A stretch of DNA of 64,000 nucleotides, taken from assembly GCA_040225955.1 (NCBI GenBank), contig JBECUL010000006.1, forward strand, positions 1 through 64,000. The letters are read 5' to 3'. Of this stretch, positions 18,186 to 26,644 are shown piece by piece (within the stretch, counting starts at the first letter, position 1; every line of letters starts with the position of its first letter). The notes below the pieces were generated by a model. It worked only from the letters and a program-made list of their open reading frames with translations. It searched no databases and was not told the DNA's origin. Origin of the DNA: Candidatus Asgardarchaeum abyssi (GTDB taxonomy: Archaea > Asgardarchaeota > Asgardarchaeia > Asgardarchaeales > Asgardarchaeaceae). A program made the translations under genes and the position numbers.

Positions 18186-19097
18186 TTATTCGTATTCTTC
18201 TTCAATTAGTCTTGTCGCCTCGACCATGACCTTCAATTTGTTAAATGCAACGTCTCTTGTAAGTAGCCTCAATCCACAATCTGGATGAACTATTATGTTT
18301 TCAATACCAACTATATCAACGGCTTTCTTAATGACATTGTAGGAGAAATCTACACTTTCAATTGTTGGGTCATTTGATTTTACACATCCGACACCTAATT
18401 TCTTTCCGTGCTCTTCAAGTTTTTTCCTTGTTATAACGCTAAAGTTTTCAGGAGAAGCTGCAAATTCGTGGCTCAATATATCTATTCCTTCGAACTCTAA
18501 AAGTTTGTCAAAGATTCTTACGATTTTCCCACAAACATGAAGAGCCGTTGGCAACTTTATATCCTCGGTTATTATCTTAATAGCTTTTTTACCCATATCC
18601 AAAGGAGCTCCGATGGAGTACATTGGTTCATCTATTTGAAGAGCATCAACTCCCGCTTTTTGCAATTTCATTGCTTCCTCTTTCAGCGCATAGGCAACAT
18701 CCTCGTATAATTTTTCATCTCGAAATCCATTATATGGTGAACTTTTGTCCATTTTTGAAGAAAAAACTAAAGTGATTGGGCCCGTTACGATACCCTTAAT
18801 TTTCACTTTGTCTCCAACTAAACTTTTCACATAGTGAAAATCTCTTATCAACGTATCATCATTCGTAGGTTCAATTTTTCCCACTATGTAAGTTTCTTTC
18901 TCTCTAACCTCAAATCCAGGAATTCTACCAGAAAAATAAGTTACCATATCGGTTCTTACTTGTCCGTCAGAGATAAGTTGAACTCCCGCCTTTATTTGAT
19001 CTTCCACAGCAATTTTAATAGCACTTCTAATTTCATCCTCTGTTGGATTTTTCCACATGGGGGGATAACTACCTATAACAGTGGTAATTATTTTCAT
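18186..19097 (-). CDS. Core (single-barrel) methionine synthase, MetE catalytic-domain family
   Basis: TTVIGSYP, SDGQ.R.DM, TGPITL, QIDEP, Zn ligands HVC...E...PDCGL. Confidence 0.85.
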   Translation of the reverse strand: MKIITTVIGSYPPMWKNPTEDEIRSAIKIAVEDQIKAGVQLISDGQVRTDMVTYFSGRIPGFEVREKETYIVGKIEPTNDDTLIRDFHYVKSLVGDKVKIKGIVTGPITLVFSSKMDKSSPYNGFRDEKLYEDVAYALKEEAMKLQKAGVDALQIDEPMYSIGAPLDMGKKAIKIITEDIKLPTALHVCGKIVRIFDKLLEFEGIDILSHEFAASPENFSVITRKKLEEHGKKLGVGCVKSNDPTIESVDFSYNVIKKAVDIVGIENIIVHPDCGLRLLTRDVAFNKLKVMVEATRLIEEEYE

Positions 19098-19110
19098 ACA
19101 AGCATGCCTC

Positions 19111-19506
19111 CTATTCTTGAGCCGCTTTATTTTTCTCTTTATTTTCCCTCAATTTTCTTATATCTCCTCTTTTGTCATCATACAAAATCCTCCTTACTTC
19201 ATTTTTAAGCTTTGGTATCTTGTTTTTAACCACATCCCAAACAATAGTTTAATCAACTCCGAAGTATTTATGTATAAGTTTGTCCCTCATGCCCGCTATT
19301 TTCTTCCATTCCACCTCTGGATATTTTTCCTTTACATCTTGAGGAATATTTTTGACAGCCTCACCAATAATTTCAAGACTTCTTATAAATGCCCTTTTCA
19401 GATTTTCATCTTTCATAAACTCATCAAACTCAAGGTTTTTTGATACTTTTTCAAGATATTCGCACTCTTCAAGTATATGCATGAGATAGACTTTATAATC
19501 TTGCAT
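19111..19506 (-). pseudogene. HepT/DUF86 HEPN RNase toxin with in-frame nonsense codon
   Basis: [22 protein letters not shown] then TAA (19249-19251), after which the frame continues TIVWDVVKNKIPKLKNEV as expected for DUF86. Confidence 0.8.
19131..19181 (-). pseudogene. Decayed duplicate of the 5' end of the adjacent MNT gene
   Basis: ATGACAAAAGAGGAGATA-TAAGAAAATTG.G.GAAAA.AAAGAGAA nearly matches 19741-19790 with a 1-bp deletion. Confidence 0.7.
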
Positions 19507-19795
19507 AAATTACCTCCCTTTCAACATAAGGCCTTATATACGGGCTAATGCCCTCTGGAGTAAGTAAATCAACCTTTTTCCCAAAGAGCTCTTCAAGAAA
19601 AAAAGCAAGCTCCATGAAATTATCAAATGTCTTCCTTCCTTCCTCAAATTCAACAATAAAGTCAATATCACTTTTCTCTTTTGCCTCTCCCCTCACATAG
19701 GAGCCAAATATCCCTATCCTTTTAACTCCAAATTTCTTTATCTTCTCTTTGTTTTCTCCCAATTTTCTTAATATCTCCTCTTTTGTCATCGTCAT
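19493..19795 (-). CDS. MntA-type minimal nucleotidyltransferase antitoxin (track start 19855; likely start 19795)
   Basis: [16 protein letters not shown] (GSx10DxD); overlaps the HEPN gene. Confidence 0.9.
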   Translation of the reverse strand: MTMTKEEILRKLGENKEKIKKFGVKRIGIFGSYVRGEAKEKSDIDFIVEFEEGRKTFDNFMELAFFLEELFGKKVDLLTPEGISPYIRPYVEREVIYARL

Positions 19796-20255
19796 TTTTC
19801 CACTCTCCAAAGCCATTTTCCAATATTGAAATATCAAGCTTTCCAAACCACGCAATCACATTTCCTATTTATATTTTTTAAGGTAATAGTATTCATTTCA
19901 CTTAATATGAGTTTCATAAGTTTTTATTCGCATAACCTTTCAAATAAGAGTTAAAAGCGAAATTTTATAAAATTACATTTCCATACAAATCTTTATGACT
20001 CGGATATTAAAAGCTTATGTTGCAACAACGCCATGAGCCGAGATAAGCTCATTAAAGAAATAAAGTTAGTTTAAACATAGTTAATAGATTACACAGGACT
20101 TTGAAGGGCTTCTAATAAGTTTCAGTAAGTTCTCACTTGATTTTTTATTTTACTGACAATAAGTTAATAGAATCTTTTCGAAGAAACATTTTTGAACTTG
20201 AATATATGTAATAGATAATAGTGAATGAGGTATATGTATGTTATTATGACTTCCA

Positions 20256-21029
20256 GTGTCTCAGCAGGTGATCATTATGGTTAAAGTTGTTTATGTTGAT
20301 TTTTGGAAGACTAGCTTGCATGGCGAGGAAATTGGGTTGAAGCAGAAAGAGCAATGGATGGCAAAGTCAAGGCTATTTACAAGAGATATGGATATCTATG
20401 GGAAAATAAAGCGTGATGGTGAGGATTATGGAATCATTGCTTTCCGGACAAAAGCGCTAGAAAAAGATAATAGACTCATAATAAGAGCATTTACAAATAA
20501 AGGCGTATGGATTGGGAGTCTCGAGGAGCTTCTAGCTAGGGAAATTAGGAATACTGCTCTCTGGGAGACTCCCTCTATTTCATATGCTATAATACAACCC
20601 AAATATGATTACGTTACAATAATTGACAAGTTATTAAAAAGAGGGCTCTTCCAGAAAGAATATTATGTTTTTGATCTATTTTCTGAAAAGAGAGAGCTCG
20701 AGACATATACAATCGAGAGTGCACGGATGTCATTAGGTAGTGATTTTACAGTTGTCCGTGAAAATGATGAGAAGAAAGTTGCAAGAATAGATTCAAAGGT
20801 TTTGGATATCGGTGGTGCGGTTGAAATAGAACTCTACGACAAAGAGGTTCAAGAGAATGATGCATTTATATCTGTTTTAACGCTGTTTGCTGCAGCGTTA
20901 AGATTCATAGATGATCAAAAGAAGAAGATAGAGAGTATTGTTAAGGATATTAAGAGTAAGAAACTAAAACCTAAGCTTCCTAAAGAAGAATTGGCGTTGT
21001 ATGAAAATCCAAGAAGGATTAAATACTGA
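20256..21029 (+). CDS. Hypothetical protein, possibly Tubby/LURP-one-like beta-barrel
   Basis: Beta-rich pattern ending VARIDSKVLDIGGAVEIEL followed by hydrophobic helix FISVLTLFAAAL. Confidence 0.5.
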   Translation: MSQQVIIMVKVVYVDFWKTSLHGEEIGLKQKEQWMAKSRLFTRDMDIYGKIKRDGEDYGIIAFRTKALEKDNRLIIRAFTNKGVWIGSLEELLAREIRNTALWETPSISYAIIQPKYDYVTIIDKLLKRGLFQKEYYVFDLFSEKRELETYTIESARMSLGSDFTVVRENDEKKVARIDSKVLDIGGAVEIELYDKEVQENDAFISVLTLFAAALRFIDDQKKKIESIVKDIKSKKLKPKLPKEELALYENPRRIKY

Positions 21030-21292
21030 AGTCTATAGATAAATTGATAATAAGTCTTATAGCGAGCACGTTATCAACAAAATGAGACCTCGTAAGATAA
21101 TTTTCTATTTTTCTTTTTTGTGTCTTGGATCTTGTGCTACAGTAGAAAATAAAAATGTGCATGTGCGTTATACTGACGCCTATATGGAAAAATATCTACA
21201 GATGATGGTCTTTAAATCGGAAAATATAAATATGATTACGAGAAATGAGTTATCAAGATCAATAAGTCCTTCTTTTAAAAAGAGATTTGTAG

Positions 21293-21637
21293 GTGAATGA
21301 TGTGGGGAACTCCCAAGGAAATAGAGAATTGGTATTAGAAAATGATGGTTACTACTTTGAGCTAAAGCCGTCAAGGAATAATCGTGTCAAATTGAAATTT
21401 GGATCAGAGAGAAAAACAAAGAAAGTTGAACTTGATGTTGACAGTCTTAGAAAAATTATAAAGCTGATATCTATAAGTAAGGGTACCAATAGAAGCTTTT
21501 CTTTTGTTGCTGGCAATTCTTTAAGAGTTACAATAAAGCCCGACGGTGTTATAATTTCAGATTTACAGGGTAAAGTATCGGTGTTTCTAAGATATTCTGA
21601 TGTTGAAAACATTGAGGAGTACTTCAAACTAAATTAA
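21293..21637 (+). CDS. Hypothetical protein
   Basis: 114-aa ORF with T-rich terminator; no motif recognised. Confidence 0.55.
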   Translation: MNDVGNSQGNRELVLENDGYYFELKPSRNNRVKLKFGSERKTKKVELDVDSLRKIIKLISISKGTNRSFSFVAGNSLRVTIKPDGVIISDLQGKVSVFLRYSDVENIEEYFKLN

Positions 21638-21671
21638 ATACCTCTTTTTTATTTATATACAAAGCTAATTC

Positions 21672-21926
21672 TTACTTGTTAGACGATATTAGTTGTACAA
21701 GGATTGGTGGATTTCTAGAAAGGTATGTTATAGCTAAAAATAATATAATTCCTCCTACAATCATTTTCTTTCCGCCACGCGTATCATATCCAGTTGCCCA
21801 AAATATAAACCCCAATGCGATGCTAAATATGGATGCAAAGTTTCCTATCAGCATTGTAATATTCCAAAGTAATGCCAAATTCCGCTGAAGTTCCTCAAGA
21901 ATCTCAATTATCATGACTAACACCAA
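21672..21926 (-). CDS. Small 2-TM membrane protein
   Basis: Two hydrophobic helices separated by GYDTRGGKK. Confidence 0.6.
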   Translation of the reverse strand: MVLVMIIEILEELQRNLALLWNITMLIGNFASIFSIALGFIFWATGYDTRGGKKMIVGGIILFLAITYLSRNPPILVQLISSNK

Positions 21927-21960
21927 ATAAAAAACTCAGAACTTTATTTAAAATACGATA

Positions 21961-22214
21961 TTATATTTTCCTCTTACAGAAAACGTACATAGTAGCCACT
22001 GTTACAACTACTACCATTATTATCAATAAAATCCATAAAATCAAAAATTCTATGAATAACATCCATTCCTCTGAGGTCCAAATAAGATGATTGCTATGAA
22101 TAGAAGCACTAACAATAAAATGAACTTATATAAGATTTTCCTTCTATTGACTCTTCTCTCCTTTCTTTCTTCTTCCCTTTTTTCTTTTTTCGGAAAAGTA
22201 GGTATGCCACTCAT
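21961..22214 (-). pseudogene. Small 2-TM membrane protein with 1-bp deletion frameshift
   Basis: MSGIPTFPKKEK...FILLLVLLFIAIIL then, after adding one T near 22080, FWTSEEWMLFIEFLILWILLIIMVVVVTVATMYVFCKRKI*; length 254 nt (3n+2). Confidence 0.55.
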
Positions 22215-22321
22215 ATTGATCACTATATTGCGGTTATATACAGATAATAAACAAGTAGTAGTTAAAGATATATTTTGCTTTTTTACTAGAAGAGCCATTA
22301 ACCTCAAAATGAAGCTAAGCA

Positions 22322-23158
22322 TCATATTCTCTGTTCAATATATCGTATATCCTCCTCTGAAAGTCTCCACCCCATAGCACCTGCATTCTCCTCAATGTGC
22401 TCGATTCTAATGGCTTTAGGAATCGCTATAACCATATCTTTTGAGATCAACCAGTTTAACGCCACTTGAGCTGCCGTTTTACTATATTTTCTACCTATTT
22501 CAATTAGTGTTTTATCTGTAGAAACGCTACCTTTAGCAAGAGGCGTATAAGCCATAAGCGTAATTCCCTCTTTTTGGCAATATGGTAAGATATCTCTTTC
22601 AATGCTTCTATCGTATACATTATATTTAACTTGATTGACAACGATATCTTCCTTTGAGAGATAACTTCTTGCTTCCTCCATCAGCTCTACGCTAAAATTG
22701 CTTACTCCAATATATCTGACTAACCCATCACTAACAAGCTTCTCCATAGCTTTCATTGTCTCGCTCAGTGGAATCCTTGGATTTGGCCAATGAATCAAGT
22801 ATAAGTCAATATAATTTGTTTTTAAACGCTTAAGACTTCTTTTTGCTGCTTTTAAAACATCATCATATCTCAAATTCGTCTCCCAAACTTTAGTGACTAT
22901 AAATATTTTCTCTCGATTAAAAATCTTTATAGCCTCGCCTACGAGCTCCTCTGCATGTCCTCCTCCATATATCTCCGCTGTATCAACCAGCCACATACCC
23001 AAGCTTATTCCATGTCTTAAGGCCTTTATTGCCAAATCATCTTGAGAATGATCGGGAGTCATAGAGCCACCGATTTTCCACGTCCCTAATCCTATAGCAG
23101 GTACCTTACATCCAGTTCTATTTAATTCTTTAAGATCTTTATAGCTCAAGAGTTTCAC
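22322..23158 (-). CDS. Aldo/keto reductase
   Basis: GLGTW, DTAEIY, IVTK, DLYLIHWP, IGVSNF, IPKA motifs. Confidence 0.93.
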   Translation of the reverse strand: MKLLSYKDLKELNRTGCKVPAIGLGTWKIGGSMTPDHSQDDLAIKALRHGISLGMWLVDTAEIYGGGHAEELVGEAIKIFNREKIFIVTKVWETNLRYDDVLKAAKRSLKRLKTNYIDLYLIHWPNPRIPLSETMKAMEKLVSDGLVRYIGVSNFSVELMEEARSYLSKEDIVVNQVKYNVYDRSIERDILPYCQKEGITLMAYTPLAKGSVSTDKTLIEIGRKYSKTAAQVALNWLISKDMVIAIPKAIRIEHIEENAGAMGWRLSEEDIRYIEQRI

Positions 23159-23320
23159 CTTTAGCGTATTTCTGAATCAAAGATACATATAACTAAATTA
23201 ATAACTTAAAGATTTAGGTATGCAAACGTTTTCTCTGATCCTAAAAAATATTTATTAGTCTATAGAGTTATATATAATTCATAATTCAATTATAATTAAA
23301 ATTAGAGAGTGTATTTAAAA

Positions 23321-24176
23321 ATGAATATCACTCTTAAAAATATTCTACTATATTCTACTAGTTGCTTTAATGCTGTTCTTGTTGCTATCATTAGTCTCAG
23401 TTAGTGAGAACATCAAAGCAGTGGAAGTTGGTGATACCTACATATATGATTATATCTATATGGCAGAAACATCATTTAATGATACAGAGCCAGTTACATC
23501 TAGTATGTCTGCTAGGATATTGATCAACGTAACTGCAATAAATGAAACATCAGGAATTATTAACTATACGGTTGTCTCAACTATGTTTCTCCCTTCCATA
23601 ACAAAGGACTCCTTTAATATGTCAGAATCTTATACAAAGATAGTAGGTTATGGATATGACTATGATAATGATAACTACTATGACTCTATTTATGTAGATG
23701 TGCACTCTATAGGTTTTATATGTAAAAACATGACTAAGAACATTGAAGAGATGAATAAAACATTAGATGACTTCCTAGGTAATTATACATTGTTCACATT
23801 ACTTGATAAAGATTTTAATCCTGACAATAGAACATTTATAGTAAAGCTAAAAGCACCAGTTGAGACAGACGTAGTTATAGATTCATCGCTTGAAAACTAT
23901 CAAGGATTCGCATATATAACATTGAAAGTCATTTTAACAGAGGATTATATTATTGACACACAGCTTGTATACACTAAGATGGATTTAGTAAGTCCAACTC
24001 ATGGAACTATGCAATATAAGAAAATTGAGCAAGTTCAATTATATAAGGAAGCCCCTCCGACAATATTTAGCATTGAAGACTTGGAGGAGCTACTTAAGGG
24101 AACATCACTTATAATACTAGGTGGCGTAGCTATAGTTTCACTAATTATTGGTGTACTAATCGGTAAGAAGCTATGA
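23321..24176 (+). CDS. Surface glycoprotein-like protein with C-terminal TM; signal peptide split by a 10-bp duplication (track ORF 23370..24176)
   Basis: Many N-x-S/T sequons and a C-terminal TM; deleting one TATTCTACTA restores MNITLKNILLVALMLFLLLSLVSVSENIKA. Confidence 0.65.
23341..23360. repeat. 10-bp tandem duplication TATTCTACTA x2
   Basis: Exact direct repeat at 23341-23350 and 23351-23360. Confidence 0.9.
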
Positions 24177-24340
24177 ATATAATAGTTTTCCCTCATGTCT
24201 TTATTATTTGCAGTATATTCATAGGAGCTCGTTATATAAGTATTAAAGTAAAAAAATAACACTGTTATACAGCTTACAAAATGAATTACTTTTATCTTCC
24301 CTATCTTTTTATAATATATATTGAAATGAGGTATATGTAA

Positions 24341-25029
24341 ATGCCCGCATATAAATATACAGGAGCATTAGGATTTTTATTATCGGCAGTCATGATATCT
24401 CTATGGTTTACCCTAGTTGGTACTATATATAATATTCTCATATACCCGATTAGTATCATATTAAGGACAGTGGCTTGGATTTCGGTTGCCAGAACTTTTA
24501 AGAAGGCCTTTTGCTATGCAACAGCATTTTTTGTATTGGTTCTTGGCGGTCTTTTCTTTTTCCTAATACTTGGTGGTCTTAGTGAAGGAGGGGCGAGTGG
24601 TTCTGAGGTTATAAGGTTAGCCATTATGATATGGGCAGCATATTCATTCTTCGAATTTTTAACCTATTTTATGTTAACGAAGTACACAAAAGTCTTCTTC
24701 CCAGCTATGATTAGCATTATTGGAATAGCAATTATACTTAATGGTGCTTTCACAATAACAGATGTTTTTGAAGAGTTGGCGTCCTACATAATTACTGGAT
24801 GTGCATTCCTTCTAATATTCTCACTCTCGGCCATGATAAGTTTCTTAAAGTTAAAGCCACCCGAAGAAGCTTTCCTTCAGTTCGGATATCCTCCAGCTCC
24901 GCCAGCAGTTCCACCAACACTAGCTCAACCGACTCCTTCTCTCATGATTTGTCCCTCCTGTGGTGCGAGAATTCCAGTAGGATCTAAGTTTTGTCCTATT
25001 GCGGTGCACGACTTGCGACTACTTATTAA
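24341..25029 (+). CDS. Membrane protein with Pro-rich linker and C-terminal zinc ribbon, frameshifted near 24997
   Basis: About 6 TMs, PPAPPAVPP, CPSCG..IP..SKFC then +1 base restores PYCGARLATTY* (TAA 25027-25029); the track ORF reads on to 25093. Confidence 0.7.
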
Positions 25030-25222
25030 TTTCTTCTTTTTATTTTGCTACAATGTTCGGTTATGTTTTAGGGACCGGTTGGTAACGATATAAGGAGCGA
25101 GGAGGTGGCGAATCATGTATTTGGCGCATCACCCATTCTCTGATGTTACCATAATTCAAAAAATTTTAATTCATCGCAGACATAATTATTTATGTACAAA
25201 GTTCAGCGGTAGTTGAAGTCTT

Positions 25223-26644
25223 TTGAAGGAAGAAAAATACAACTATTTAAAGGAGGAGATAGAGAACCTTAAAGCGTACGTTTTCCCACGGACTGTCGAT
25301 AATCTTATACTCGTAGGATCTAGTAGGGTTTATAAGGCAAATGATTTTGTTGTTGAGTTTTTGGAGCCATTTTGGATTGTTAAGGATTTTGATGTGGCAT
25401 TTGAACTTGTTAAGAAACATTTTAAGATGTCGGATGACGAAGTTATTAACACATTAAATATGCTCTTAGAAGATTTAATTCACTTGGCAAAGAACGAGTT
25501 ACATTTGGTTAAGCATGCAAAAGTGGAGAATTTTAATATTACGACAGTATATTTGAAATATCCTGTGATGGCCGAAATTGCACTGACAGATAGATGCAAT
25601 AATAGATGTAAATTTTGCTTTTGGGGTGTAGGTCAAATAAGAAAAGCTCGTGATGAACTTTCAACAGAGCAAGTAAAGACGCTAATTAGGAAGGTACGAC
25701 TGCAGGCAAGAGTTGCTAGTTTACACTTTACTGGAGGTGAGCCCACACTCAGAGAAGACCTTCCAGAGTTGATATCCTATGCAAGGAGTCTAGGACTTAG
25801 AGCTATTCTTCTCACAAATGGGCGTCTTTTTTCTTCATTAGAGTATGCCAAGAGGATAGTTGAAGCTGGTATTAATGGTATTCAAATATCGTTGGAAGCT
25901 GATAATGCAAATTTGCATGATAAAATAGTAGGTGTGAAGGGAGCCTTTGAAGAAACAGTACAGGGTATTCAGAATCTATTATCACTACCAGGAGCATATA
26001 AAGAGTTTTGGGTACACACAAATACAACTATAAATCGTTGGAATGTGGAGAATGTTATTAATCTTCCATATTTCTTGAAAGAGATAGGCGTTAAAGCGTT
26101 TTCGATGAATATGGTAATTTGGAGCGGAAACGCAACAATATACAAGGAACTTGGTATTTCATACACGGAAATAGGTGACATTATAGTAGAAATCAAGCGA
26201 AGAGCCAAAGAGGTTGGATTAAAGTTTGATTGGTACTCCCCTACACCAGTTTGTCTATTCAATCCTGTAGTCGAAGGTTTTGGCATTAAAGGATGTGCTG
26301 CTGCAAATGGCTTGCTAAGTATTGATGCTCAAGGTTATGTTCTCCCGTGCTCATCATTTCCTCCAGAGTATAGGATAGGTAATTTACTTGAGCAAGAGTT
26401 TGAAGAGATTTGGTTTTCAGAAGCCGCTAAAAAATGGAGATACCGAAAGCATAAGTTCATACCAGATGTTTGTAAGACGTGTAGAGATTTTGATGTTTGT
26501 GGAGGAGCTTGTCCTCTTTACTGGATTAATAACCCGTTTAAGGAGAAAGATCTTAGGATGATGGAAATTTTAAGACCAGAAAAGAATATTGTTTCAATAA
26601 ATAAATATGAGGAGGGAAAAGAAGAATATGAGGAAATCCCTTAA
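25223..26644 (+). CDS. Radical SAM/SPASM enzyme with N-terminal PqqD/RRE-like domain
   Basis: CNNRCKFC, TGGEP, LTNG; SPASM C(AAANG)...PC...CKTC....VCGGAC; N-terminal ~90 aa with three-strand/three-helix RRE-like pattern. Confidence 0.88.
   Translation: MKEEKYNYLKEEIENLKAYVFPRTVDNLILVGSSRVYKANDFVVEFLEPFWIVKDFDVAFELVKKHFKMSDDEVINTLNMLLEDLIHLAKNELHLVKHAKVENFNITTVYLKYPVMAEIALTDRCNNRCKFCFWGVGQIRKARDELSTEQVKTLIRKVRLQARVASLHFTGGEPTLREDLPELISYARSLGLRAILLTNGRLFSSLEYAKRIVEAGINGIQISLEADNANLHDKIVGVKGAFEETVQGIQNLLSLPGAYKEFWVHTNTTINRWNVENVINLPYFLKEIGVKAFSMNMVIWSGNATIYKELGISYTEIGDIIVEIKRRAKEVGLKFDWYSPTPVCLFNPVVEGFGIKGCAAANGLLSIDAQGYVLPCSSFPPEYRIGNLLEQEFEEIWFSEAAKKWRYRKHKFIPDVCKTCRDFDVCGGACPLYWINNPFKEKDLRMMEILRPEKNIVSINKYEEGKEEYEEIP

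Noticed and set aside
19249-19251. Stop-codon recoding in the HEPN gene
   Set aside because: The codon is TAA, used as a normal stop throughout the window; a nonsense mutation or error is simpler.
21672-21926. VirB2/Ced-type pilin
   Set aside because: Only size and two TMs fit; no conjugation or Ced ATPase genes nearby.
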